DNA of 64,000 nucleotides. Source: Chthoniobacterales bacterium. GTDB lineage: Bacteria; Verrucomicrobiota; Verrucomicrobiia; Chthoniobacterales; UBA10450. The stretch is taken from contig JBBRYT010000001.1 of NCBI GenBank assembly GCA_038237435.1, forward strand, positions 152,656 through 216,655. Direction: 5' to 3'. The notes under the pieces are model-generated. The model was given only the letters and a program-made list of their open reading frames with translations. It searched no databases and was not told the DNA's origin. Below, in pieces: positions 9,465 to 18,671 of the stretch (within the stretch, counting starts at the first letter, position 1; each line of letters starts with the position of its first letter). A program made the position numbers and the translations under genes.

Positions 9465-11883
9465 GCAGGGGCCAAAACGACGGCGCGTAATCGAGTTTGA
9501 AAACGAAGCGCGCCAGTGCCCAACTCGAGGCGAGTGCGAGCACAATGGCCGTCGCACTCGCGAGCAAACCGAGTGCGAAATATTCCGCGCAAAGAATCTG
9601 GTAAATCTGCGCGCGCGATGCGCCGAGCGTGCGCAGCAGCACACTTTCCTTCAATCGCTGATAACGTCCGCTCCAGATTGTGCTCCCGAGTACGATTAAC
9701 CCCGCCGCGAGGGTGTAGAGCGAAATCAAACGAATGACGAGCGCGACTTTGCCCAGGATGGAATCCACCGTTTGAATCACGGTGGTGAGATCAATGGCGG
9801 AGACGTTTGAGAATTTAGCTACCACCGCGTTCTGTAATCGCGCGGAAGCCGCCGGATCGGGCACGCGACTGACGAGCACGTTAAAGGTCGGCGCCGACTC
9901 GAGCACGCCGACCGGAAAGACGACAAAGAAGTTCGTCTGAAATCTTTTCCAATCGATGTCGCGCAAACTTGCGATGCGAGTCTTGAGCGGCACGCCCTGC
10001 ACATCGAAGACAAGTTCGTCGCCGATTTTCGCTTTCCAGTCGTCGGCCAGTTCCTTGTCGAGCGAGACCGGAACCACATCGCCAGGTTTGTACGCAACGC
10101 GCCCGATCCACTGGCCCGCGATAATTTTTTCGGTCTCGGCCAGCACCTCGCGAAAAGTCGAACGATATTCGCGCTGCAGTTCCCACTCCGGAATTTTGTT
10201 TTGCTTGTCGGCCACCAGATCACTCGTTAGGCGATCTTTGATTTGCGTGAGCCGCATCGTGACGACCGGAGCCTGCTGGATGATCGGCAGGCCTAACGAG
10301 CGTACGATTTCCGTCACGCCGGTGGTTTGGTCGGGTTGAATGTCGAAGAGAAAAATGTTCGGCTGATCGTTCGCCCCGATCGATTTGAACTGCGCGAGCA
10401 ACACTTCGCGGGTCAGATAAAGATTAAGGAGCAGGAACGTGCCGAGCCCGAGCGAAATCGTGAGCAGCAAGGTGCGGTTGTTCGGCCGATAGAGATTCGC
10501 GAGACCCTGGCGCAGCGCAAAACTCCAGCCGTGCGGGAAAAATTTTCGCACGAGCACGATAAGTAACTTCGCCACACCGATGAAAATCAAAATGGCGAGG
10601 CCGAGCGCAGCGGCGAAGATCAGGCCGCGTAGCCATTGGTCGCTTTGCTCGATACCGAACGCCGTCACGCTCGCCGCGATCAGCAGGTAAATTACAATTA
10701 CCGCGCGATCGCGGCGCGGCCGTTCCTGTTCGACATGCGCGCGCAAAACAATCAGCGGCGACAATCGGCGGAATCGCAGCAGCGCCGGCAACGCGAACAG
10801 GATGCAAATTCCCAGACCGATGAACATGCCGCGCAAAATCGGAAGCCACGCCAGCGTCGTTGCAATCGGCAAGGGCATGAATGATTTCAAGAGCCTCGGC
10901 AACGTAATTTGCATCACGATCCCCAGCGCCGCGCCGGCCAGCGCGCCGACAAACCCCATCGCAGCCGCTTGCAACACGTAAACGAAAGCCGTGCCGCGCG
11001 CCGAGGCGCCGAGACAACGCAGGATCGCGCCGGTCTTTTGTTTTTGCTGGAGATGCGCGGCGATCGCACTGGCCACACCGACCGCGCCGAGCAGCAGGGC
11101 AACGAAACCGACCAGATTCAAAAAACGGTAAAGATTGTCCAGCGAGTTGCCGAGATCGCGTTTCTGTTTCGCGACGGTGTCGTAGTCGAGGCCGAACTTC
11201 TGAATCTGCGGAACGAGTAACGCGATGCGTTTCTCCGCGTCGGTGCCGGCCGCGAACTTAATGTAATCGCGATAGCGCACGACGCTGCCGGGCTTAAGCA
11301 AATTCGTGGCCGCTAAATCCTGCAACGGAATGTAAACGCTCGGTGTGAACGACGTGGCCGCGGAACCCTCCCCGGGTATTTTCTTCAACGCACCGGCGAT
11401 GATGAAATCGACGTCACCGATCTTCACATGATCGCCGGGCTTCGCGCCGAATTGAATGAGCAGGCTTTCTTTAACGACCACGCCACCGCCCTGGCGAAAA
11501 TCGCGCGCCGCGTTTAACGGATCAGTTTCCATCGTTCCGTAAAATGGAAAATCGCCCGCGAGTGCGCGCACCGCCGTGAGCCGTGTGCCTTTCGCGAATG
11601 TGGCCATGGTAGAAAAACGAACTTCGCGGGCCTGCGGTTCGCCTAACGAGTGCAAGAACGCCTCTTCTTCCGGCGTAAAAGCGCGGCGTGAAACGATAAT
11701 CAGATCCGCGCCAACCAACGTGCGCGCCTGGTCATCGATCGCTTGCGCGAGTGTGATGCGAAACGAGCCGATGCTGACCAGCGCCGCGATACCGAGCGTA
11801 ATCGAAATCGAAAAAGCGAGCAGCCGTCGCCGGCTCGAACGGCTGTCGCGCCACGCCATTTTCCAAATGAAGGACGGATGCAT
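9355..11883 (-). CDS. FtsX-family ABC transporter permease (YbbP-like, duplicated MacB/FtsX module)
   Basis: 842 aa. Two FtsX-type 4-TM modules with large extracytoplasmic loops. Immediately downstream of the ATPase, as in the ybbA-ybbP arrangement. Confidence 0.85.
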   Translation of the reverse strand: MHPSFIWKMAWRDSRSSRRRLLAFSISITLGIAALVSIGSFRITLAQAIDDQARTLVGADLIIVSRRAFTPEEEAFLHSLGEPQAREVRFSTMATFAKGTRLTAVRALAGDFPFYGTMETDPLNAARDFRQGGGVVVKESLLIQFGAKPGDHVKIGDVDFIIAGALKKIPGEGSAATSFTPSVYIPLQDLAATNLLKPGSVVRYRDYIKFAAGTDAEKRIALLVPQIQKFGLDYDTVAKQKRDLGNSLDNLYRFLNLVGFVALLLGAVGVASAIAAHLQQKQKTGAILRCLGASARGTAFVYVLQAAAMGFVGALAGAALGIVMQITLPRLLKSFMPLPIATTLAWLPILRGMFIGLGICILFALPALLRFRRLSPLIVLRAHVEQERPRRDRAVIVIYLLIAASVTAFGIEQSDQWLRGLIFAAALGLAILIFIGVAKLLIVLVRKFFPHGWSFALRQGLANLYRPNNRTLLLTISLGLGTFLLLNLYLTREVLLAQFKSIGANDQPNIFLFDIQPDQTTGVTEIVRSLGLPIIQQAPVVTMRLTQIKDRLTSDLVADKQNKIPEWELQREYRSTFREVLAETEKIIAGQWIGRVAYKPGDVVPVSLDKELADDWKAKIGDELVFDVQGVPLKTRIASLRDIDWKRFQTNFFVVFPVGVLESAPTFNVLVSRVPDPAASARLQNAVVAKFSNVSAIDLTTVIQTVDSILGKVALVIRLISLYTLAAGLIVLGSTIWSGRYQRLKESVLLRTLGASRAQIYQILCAEYFALGLLASATAIVLALASSWALARFVFKLDYAPSFWPLLIAVAAVSGLTVVIGLLTSRGIGTTPPLEILRTEVE

Positions 11884-12548
11884 CAGACTGCTTCGCCGTT
11901 GCGCAGGCGAATGGTACGCTCAGTTAGTTTCGCCACATCGGGATCGTGCGTGACCAGCACCAGCGCGGTGCCCGCGCTGCGATTCAGCTCGAACATGATC
12001 TCGATAATTCCGCTGCTCGTTTCGGCATCCAGATTGCCGGTCGGCTCGTCGGCGAAAAGAATCTGCGGACGATTGATGAAAGCACGGGCGAGCGCGACGC
12101 GCTGTTGCTCGCCGCCGGAAAGTTGCGCCGGATAATGGTCGATGCGCTCGCCAAGACCAACGCGGCCTAACAAGTCCAAACCGAGCGCACGCGCGGAACG
12201 ATCCCCGCGCAATTCCATCGGCACGGTGACGTTTTCCAAAGCGGTGAGCGTCGAGATGAGCTGGAAGTTCTGAAAAACGAATCCGACATGCTGATTGCGA
12301 ATGCGCGCGCGTTCGTCTTCGTCGCAATCGGCCAGCGGATTTCCTGCGAGCAAAACGGAACCGGAAGTCGGCCGATCCAAACCGGCGCAAAGCCCGAGTA
12401 AAGTCGTCTTGCCGCTGCCGGATGGACCGAGGATCGAACAGGTCGCGCCTTCGGGCAGGGTCAATGAAATGTCCTTCAGGACAGTGAGCGCACCCGCCGC
12501 GGTGCGATAAGTTTTCGTGAGATGCTGGACGTCGAGGATGGTGGTCAT
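11883..12548 (-). CDS. ABC transporter ATP-binding protein (YbbA/LolD-like)
   Basis: Walker A GPSGSGKTT, signature LSGGEQQR, Walker B ILFADEPTGNLD. Confidence 0.9.
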   Translation of the reverse strand: MTTILDVQHLTKTYRTAAGALTVLKDISLTLPEGATCSILGPSGSGKTTLLGLCAGLDRPTSGSVLLAGNPLADCDEDERARIRNQHVGFVFQNFQLISTLTALENVTVPMELRGDRSARALGLDLLGRVGLGERIDHYPAQLSGGEQQRVALARAFINRPQILFADEPTGNLDAETSSGIIEIMFELNRSAGTALVLVTHDPDVAKLTERTIRLRNGEAV

Positions 12549-12587
12549 TGACGGTGCGAACGCTTACGCGAACATGATTCCCTTCGC

Positions 12588-13211
12588 ATGGGGAAATTGA
12601 CGCTTCGGGGTTTTGGAATCGCGCTCGCGCTGGCGATTCTTGTTCGCGCGGAAACGACGCCGAAAGCGATTGTCTTTCTCGGCGACAGCCTGAGCGCGGG
12701 CTACGGTGTGAAGCCTAACGAGTCGTTCCCGGCGCTGATCGGTGAGAAAATTCGCGCGGCAAAATTGGCCTACGAGGTTGAGAATGCCGGACTGAGCGGC
12801 GACACAACCGCCGGAGGATTGCGTCGCATCGATTGGCTGCTGCAAAGAAAAATCGATGTGCTCGTGATTGAACTTGGCGGCAACGATGGCCTGCGCGGTC
12901 TGCCGGTCGCAGCGTTGAAGTCAAACATCCAATCGATCATCGAAAAAGTGTGCGCGCAGAATCCGGATGCGAAAATTGTCATCGCGGGAATGCGTATTCC
13001 GCCGAACATCGGCGCGGATTACGCGCGCGATTTTGAAGCGGCCTATCCGGAATTGGCGCAAAAGAATCATGCCGCGCTGATTCCGTTTTTGCTCGAAGGT
13101 GTCGGCGGCATGCGCGAGTTCAATCAGGCCGATTCGATTCATCCGACCGCGGAAGGTCATCGCACAATCGCGGAAACGGTTTGGAAAACTTTGGAGCCGT
13201 TGCTGAGATGA
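12588..13211 (+). CDS. tesA: SGNH arylesterase / thioesterase I (TesA-like), secreted
   Basis: GDSLSAGYG, GGNDGLRG and DSIHPT blocks. Divergent from the ybbA-ybbP-like genes, as in E. coli. Confidence 0.85.
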   Translation: MGKLTLRGFGIALALAILVRAETTPKAIVFLGDSLSAGYGVKPNESFPALIGEKIRAAKLAYEVENAGLSGDTTAGGLRRIDWLLQRKIDVLVIELGGNDGLRGLPVAALKSNIQSIIEKVCAQNPDAKIVIAGMRIPPNIGADYARDFEAAYPELAQKNHAALIPFLLEGVGGMREFNQADSIHPTAEGHRTIAETVWKTLEPLLR

Positions 13212-13981
13212 AGCTCGACGGTTGCACGGCGCTGATTACGGGCGCGTCGTCGGGAATTGGTCGCGAGTTCGCGCGACAACTGGCGGGGCGCGCCAGCGCA
13301 ATAGCATTGGTGGCGCGTCGTGAAGATCGCCTCCACGAATTGCGCGACGAGCTGAAAGCAAACGTGCACGTCTTCGCAGCGGATCTCTCGCAAGAAAGTG
13401 AAATCGCGCGACTGGGCGATTGGCTCGATCAAGAAAAAATCTCGATCAATTTGCTGATCAACAACGCCGGCTTCGGCGACTACGGGAAATTTGCCGAGAG
13501 TGATCCGCGAGCCGTTCGCGAAATGCTGGCCGTAAACACCGTGGCTTTGAGCATGCTGACGCGGCGGCTGCTTCCGGCCATGCTCGCGCAAAAGCGCGGC
13601 GGGATTTTGAATGTCAGCTCGATCGCTTCGTTTCTGCCGATCGCCGGCTTTGCCGTTTACGCGGCGAGCAAAGCTTACGTCACCAGTTTTTCCGAAGCTC
13701 TGCGGAGCGAATTGCGCGGCAGCGGCGTGACGGTGACGACGCTTTGCCCTGGTCCGGTCCACACCGAATTCGGCAGAGTGGCGAATCGGCCTAACGAGAA
13801 GAGGATCACGTCTCCGGAATTTTTTCACGTCGCGGTGGAAGAGGTGGCACGCGCGGGACTGCACGCGATCGAGAACGATCGCCCTTTGATCATTCCCGGT
13901 CTGCTGGTACGCACCATGATCGGAATCGCGCGCATGTTGCCGCTTGCTGTCTTTCGACTGGCGGCGCGCTTCGCTCGGTAG
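13208..13981 (+). CDS. short-chain dehydrogenase/reductase with a hydrophobic C-terminal tail
   Basis: TGASSGIG cofactor motif and YAASK catalytic motif. ATG 13208 overlaps the tesA stop (ATGA). The ORF-track start 13181 is probably too long. Confidence 0.85.
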   Translation: MKLDGCTALITGASSGIGREFARQLAGRASAIALVARREDRLHELRDELKANVHVFAADLSQESEIARLGDWLDQEKISINLLINNAGFGDYGKFAESDPRAVREMLAVNTVALSMLTRRLLPAMLAQKRGGILNVSSIASFLPIAGFAVYAASKAYVTSFSEALRSELRGSGVTVTTLCPGPVHTEFGRVANRPNEKRITSPEFFHVAVEEVARAGLHAIENDRPLIIPGLLVRTMIGIARMLPLAVFRLAARFAR

Positions 13982-13993
13982 CACATTCTCTCC

Positions 13994-15019
13994 TTGCAGA
14001 CGATGAACGCCGAAGGGCTAACGGAATTTTTCCACAGCGAGCTCGATCAACCGCATCCGGAACGGACACGGGCGATTTTGCGCGCGCATCCGGAAGTGCG
14101 GCAATTACTCGGGCGCAATCCGTTCACGGCCGTGATAATGCTAACGGTGTTGTCGATTCAAACTGCGATCGCGTTTGGGATGGGTCGGCTCGGCATGCAC
14201 TACTGGTGGCTTAGTCTACTCATCGCCTTCTGCGTCGGCGCGTTCATGAATCACAGCATGTATGTGATCATTCACGACGCGACGCACAATCTCGTTTTCA
14301 AGCGCAAGACTTGGAACAAGATCGTCGCGATCATGGCCGATCTGCCGAACTTGCTGCCGGGCGCGATCGGTTTCGGTGTCTATCATTTGCAGCATCACGC
14401 GCATCAGGGCGATTACGATTACGACGCCGACATTGCCAGCCGTTGGGAAGCGCGACTGATCGGGAACAAGGCGTATCGCAAAGCGCTTTGGCTACTTTTC
14501 TTTCCGTTCTTTCAACTGACGCGGCCCCCGCGCTTGAAAGCGATCACGATGTGGAGCCGCTGGAGTTTCTTCAATCTCGTCTTCGCTGCCTCTTACGATG
14601 CGTTCGTGATTTATTACTGCAGCTGGCCCGGCCTGCTCTATCTCGTATTTTCCTTCGCGTTTTCGATCGGACTTCATCCGGTCGGCGCGCGCTGGATTCA
14701 GGAGCATTACACTTACGATTCCGAGCAGGAAACGGCGAGCTACTACGGGCCAATCAATCGCGTGGCCTTAAACGTGGGCTACCACAATGAGCATCACGAT
14801 TTTCCCTCGATCGCCTGGAATCGCTTGCCGCGTCTGCGCACGCTCGCGCCGGAATTTTACGACACGCTGCGCTATCACACTTCGTGGACGCGGCTGCTGA
14901 TCGATTTCATTTTCGACGACCGCTACACGCTCTTCTCCCGCGTCGAACGCATCGCGCAGGGGAAAGTCGATTACGATCGGGCACGACGAAACGCCGCGCC
15001 GGTCGCAAAAGCTGCCTAA
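13994..15019 (+). CDS. sphingolipid delta-4 desaturase (DEGS/Des1 family) homologue
   Basis: N-terminal LDQPHPERTRAILRAHPEVRQL (Lipid_DES-like). His boxes HDATHN, HLQHH and HNEHH. ETASYYGPINRVALNVGYHNEHHDFPSIA closely parallels eukaryotic DEGS1. Confidence 0.85.
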   Translation: MQTMNAEGLTEFFHSELDQPHPERTRAILRAHPEVRQLLGRNPFTAVIMLTVLSIQTAIAFGMGRLGMHYWWLSLLIAFCVGAFMNHSMYVIIHDATHNLVFKRKTWNKIVAIMADLPNLLPGAIGFGVYHLQHHAHQGDYDYDADIASRWEARLIGNKAYRKALWLLFFPFFQLTRPPRLKAITMWSRWSFFNLVFAASYDAFVIYYCSWPGLLYLVFSFAFSIGLHPVGARWIQEHYTYDSEQETASYYGPINRVALNVGYHNEHHDFPSIAWNRLPRLRTLAPEFYDTLRYHTSWTRLLIDFIFDDRYTLFSRVERIAQGKVDYDRARRNAAPVAKAA

Positions 15020-15026
15020 CGAGTGG

Positions 15027-15629
15027 TTAGTATTTGACCGAGCAACCGTACGGCTTCGTGTCCGGATTGCTCACTGGCTTGCCGGCCATCGCTTCGTCGA
15101 GCGCAACCTTCACGTAGTTGGTCGAAGCCGGAATGTCGGCTGGATTTGGAGTGGCTTTGCTATCGATGGCGCCTTCGTAAACGATTTTTCCGTCCGGATT
15201 AATCACGAACATATGTGGCGTGTTTTTCGCGCCATAGGCTTGACCGGCTTTGCCTTCCGGATCGAGCAGGAGCTTGGAACTCATCTTCCATTCCGAAGCT
15301 TTCTTTGTGGCGGCTTCCGGGGTCAGGTTGCCTTCTTTACCAGCGGCGGAGGAATCGATCGACATCCAGACGACGCCTTTGCCTGCAAATTCCTTCTGCA
15401 ACTTCTGCATGTTGCCGCTGCCATAATGCTTTTTCACAAACGGGCATTCGGGATTGAACCATTCGAGCACGACCCACTTGCCTTTGTTTTCGCCTAACGA
15501 GTGCTTTTGTCCGTTGGCATCAGTCAAGGCGAAGTCGGGTGCGGCAGTGCCGACCTTGGGTGATTCAGTCGCGAACAATGAAGTTGCGGCGACGGACGCG
15601 AGGATAGTTAGGAATAGTTTTTGTTTCAT
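15027..15629 (-). CDS. secreted thioredoxin-like redoxin (AhpC/TSA-TlpA-like)
   Basis: Signal peptide. WVVLEWFNPECPFVKKHY CxxV/C-type thioredoxin-fold motif. Confidence 0.8.
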   Translation of the reverse strand: MKQKLFLTILASVAATSLFATESPKVGTAAPDFALTDANGQKHSLGENKGKWVVLEWFNPECPFVKKHYGSGNMQKLQKEFAGKGVVWMSIDSSAAGKEGNLTPEAATKKASEWKMSSKLLLDPEGKAGQAYGAKNTPHMFVINPDGKIVYEGAIDSKATPNPADIPASTNYVKVALDEAMAGKPVSNPDTKPYGCSVKY

Positions 15630-15632
15630 AAA

Positions 15633-17738
15633 TTATTGAGACGCGACTTGTGGCGCGACGGTTTCGAGTTTTTCCAGAACGATGTTTTTCGTCAGCAATT
15701 CCGGCAGGATGATCGGCTCGGCCGATTTCCCCGACGGATAGAGGACGTACAGTGGGACACCCGGACGGCCAAATTGTTTCAAATATTTTGTGATGACCGG
15801 ATCGGCGTTGGTCCAATCGGCTTTGAGTTTGACGATCCCGCGGCGTTGGAAGGCGTCCCGCACGGCGCTGCTTTCGAGCACGGCGGCTTCGTTGAATTTG
15901 CAGGTCACACACCAGGCGGCGGTGAAGTCGATAAAGACGGCATGACCCTGCGCGAGTTCGCTATCCAATTTTTCGGGCGTGAAGTTTTGCCAACCTTCTG
16001 TGTTCGAACTCGAGGCGGCTTCGAGTTTTGTCTGCGCGAACTTGTCGCCGATAAAATACCAACCACTCACCAGCACGAGCGCGAGCATGACCAGGAGCAC
16101 GACTACGCGAGAAGCGAATGAGGTTAGCGGCGTGATGAATGTTCCTTTCATCCAGCAAGCCAGAGCGAGCACGAGAAGAAATGCGCAGGCCCAGATGATG
16201 GCGGCGACACCGCGTTGCGCGCCGAGGACGTAGAGCAGAAAAACGAGCGTGGCCAACATGGGAAAGCCCATCAGTTGTTTGACCCGCTCCATCCACGCGC
16301 CGGGCTTGGGAAGAAATTTCACCCAGGCCGGTTGCGCGGACAAAAGAAAGTATGGCAAGCCCATGCCGGCGGCGACGGCCACGAACATGAGCAGGATGAA
16401 AGCGCTGCTTTGCGTGAGCGCGAATCCGACCGCGTAGCCCAGCACCGGGGCGGTGCACGACGTTCCCAAAATGGTAGCAAAGACACCCTGGAAAAACGAC
16501 GCGGCGTTTCCGCTGCCGTCACTCGCGGTGAGAAGACCGCGGTTGGCTCTTTGCGGCAACGTGATCTCGAAAACGCCAAAGAGATTCAACGCGAAGATGA
16601 GCACGACCACGCTCATGCCGAGGACAAAGTAAGGATTAGTGAATTGAATTGCCCACCCGACCTCGCTACCAGCGCGTTTCAAAAAGATCAGGAACAGAGC
16701 GAGCGCGACGAACCAAACGAAGATGCCCGCGACGAATGACAAACCGTTGCGCAGAATTTTTCCGCGATCGCTGCCGGCGTGCTGAATGAATCCGAAAATT
16801 TTCAGAGAGATGACCGGCAAAACGCACGGCATCAGGTTCAAGATAAGACCGCCGATGAAACCGAAGAGGAGGAAGGTCAGCAGCCCTTTGGACTCGTTAG
16901 GCCGCGCCGACGCCGTCATCGCGATCGACGGCGTGTCGGTTAATTGCCAGCCGTTGCGGTCCGCGTCGTCCTTAGTTGAACCGAAGACGACGATACCGGA
17001 AATTGATTTTGCGTCGCCGCTCTCGATTGGAATTCGAACGGTGAGAACGTCGGCAGCACGCTCGACTATCGGATGGCCGATGACGGTTTTTTCATCGGGC
17101 GAAGGATCGAAATCGATGTCCGGATAATTCGCCAGCGCCTTACTTTGCACGCGAAGGGTTAATCCTTTCGCATCGCGCGACCAATCGGCCTTCGCGGTGT
17201 CGTTAGGCCAGGCTTGCGGCAGCGCTCGGCGAAACTTTGCGAAAATATTTTCGTTTGCTGCGTCGGCGGTTTTTTGGACCGGCAATTCCAACTGCAGCTT
17301 CGCGCCGCCAGGAATGCAAAGCCGTTCGCAGACCAACCAGTTGGTCTCGGCGCTTAGCCTAACGAGTGGTTCTGCGACCGATGCAGGCGGCGTGATTTCC
17401 TGCATGAGCAGGACTTCGTCGTGATAGCCGTAAATCTGAATGTCGCCCGGTTCGCTCAGCTTGAGCGGCATGGGCCATCGGATCTCGCCGACTTTCCACC
17501 CGGACGGGAGGTTCCATTTTATTTCCGTCGGAATGCCGGCGTCGCCAGGAAATTTCCAATAAGTGTGCCAGCCGGGAACCATGTGCAGGTGGAGACCGAC
17601 CGTGAATGATTTGCCCGGAACGATCGCAGTGGAATCGGCGAGCAGCTCGGCTTTGACCAACTCTCGTCCTTCATAGGTCTGGGCACGCGCAATTGACGAC
17701 GCGAAAAGAACCAAGGCGAATAAGCGCAGGGCGAACAC
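15633..17738 (-). CDS. dsbD: thiol:disulfide interchange protein, DsbD family
   Basis: 701 aa. Signal peptide and N-terminal periplasmic domain, a central CcdA-like TM core (NLMPCVLPV, TSCTAPVL), and a C-terminal thioredoxin domain with the WCVTC motif. Confidence 0.85.
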   Translation of the reverse strand: MFALRLFALVLFASSIARAQTYEGRELVKAELLADSTAIVPGKSFTVGLHLHMVPGWHTYWKFPGDAGIPTEIKWNLPSGWKVGEIRWPMPLKLSEPGDIQIYGYHDEVLLMQEITPPASVAEPLVRLSAETNWLVCERLCIPGGAKLQLELPVQKTADAANENIFAKFRRALPQAWPNDTAKADWSRDAKGLTLRVQSKALANYPDIDFDPSPDEKTVIGHPIVERAADVLTVRIPIESGDAKSISGIVVFGSTKDDADRNGWQLTDTPSIAMTASARPNESKGLLTFLLFGFIGGLILNLMPCVLPVISLKIFGFIQHAGSDRGKILRNGLSFVAGIFVWFVALALFLIFLKRAGSEVGWAIQFTNPYFVLGMSVVVLIFALNLFGVFEITLPQRANRGLLTASDGSGNAASFFQGVFATILGTSCTAPVLGYAVGFALTQSSAFILLMFVAVAAGMGLPYFLLSAQPAWVKFLPKPGAWMERVKQLMGFPMLATLVFLLYVLGAQRGVAAIIWACAFLLVLALACWMKGTFITPLTSFASRVVVLLVMLALVLVSGWYFIGDKFAQTKLEAASSSNTEGWQNFTPEKLDSELAQGHAVFIDFTAAWCVTCKFNEAAVLESSAVRDAFQRRGIVKLKADWTNADPVITKYLKQFGRPGVPLYVLYPSGKSAEPIILPELLTKNIVLEKLETVAPQVASQ

Positions 17739-17775
17739 AGCACAATATGGCTCGCGCTGTGCTCATTTCAAAACG

Positions 17776-17988
17776 ATGCGCGTCTTCATTTGTTTGCTCA
17801 TCGGGTTAGCGGTCGTCGGGGGCTTCCTAGCACATCGACAGAGAAACGAACCCGCTCCGGCGCCAATCGTCGCCAAGCAGGAAAATAGCCCGCACAATTG
17901 GATGAAAAATTCCCTCGATCGAGCTACCGACGTGAAGAAACAGGTCGCGCAGCAACGTAAAGAGAGCGGCGACGTTTACGGTCGCTGA
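17776..17988 (+). CDS. hypothetical small membrane-anchored protein
   Basis: 70 aa with one N-terminal TM helix. No recognisable family. Confidence 0.3.
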   Translation: MRVFICLLIGLAVVGGFLAHRQRNEPAPAPIVAKQENSPHNWMKNSLDRATDVKKQVAQQRKESGDVYGR

Positions 17989-18003
17989 AATTTGCCTAAC
18001 GCG

Positions 18004-18597
18004 TTATTTCGTTTGCGCGCCGAGCTTAGCGCGAATGGCCGACTTAAAGGAAGCGGCGTCGAGCGATCCAGCCGCACGGTCCTGCGCCGCGTCGGTCGCG
18101 TGATTTTCCGTGAGGAAATCTTCCTTACCGAGCTGGGCCAAATCCTTCACGGCATCGCCGTTATTCTTTAGGACAACTTCGGCGCCGCGGGCGGCATCGG
18201 TTTGTACGTGAAAACGCCCATGCATAATGCCGACCAGCGGAACGAACTGCGTGCCGTTGTGTTCGACAAAAAGAATATCGCGATCGCCCACTTTGAATTT
18301 CGGCACGTCGGAAACTTCCATGGTCATGTCGTCAACGGTGCCACCAAGCATGCGCATGGTGTAAGTCGCTCCCGGATCACCCTTGATCGCCTCTTCGACT
18401 TGCAGCGTGACGTAAGTGGCGATGTGGCGTTCGGCGCCTTCACCGGTCCACTGCGATTTCACATCACTGACTGTGCCTTGGAATATTACCTCCGCCTGAG
18501 CGACGAGTTCGTCGAAACTTGGCGGCACGACAGTAGTGGCGCGCGCGAAATTGAAAACAAAGACAGCGCAGACTGCGAGGAAGATGGATTTTTTCAT
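18004..18597 (-). CDS. hypothetical secreted protein
   Basis: 197 aa. Clear signal peptide MKKSIFLAVCAVFVFNFARA. Confidence 0.55.
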   Translation of the reverse strand: MKKSIFLAVCAVFVFNFARATTVVPPSFDELVAQAEVIFQGTVSDVKSQWTGEGAERHIATYVTLQVEEAIKGDPGATYTMRMLGGTVDDMTMEVSDVPKFKVGDRDILFVEHNGTQFVPLVGIMHGRFHVQTDAARGAEVVLKNNGDAVKDLAQLGKEDFLTENHATDAAQDRAAGSLDAASFKSAIRAKLGAQTK

Positions 18598-18671
18598 AAC
18601 GAAGATCTCTGGAAATTAACTCGTCGATCGAGCGACAATAACATCATGTATTCTGAGTAAAAGGCGAGCGA

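Noticed and set aside
13157-13984. 275-aa ORF antisense to the SDR gene
   Set aside because: The opposite strand encodes a textbook SDR (TGASSGIG, YAASK). The antisense product is Arg/Gln-rich low-complexity sequence, typical of shadow ORFs in GC-rich DNA.
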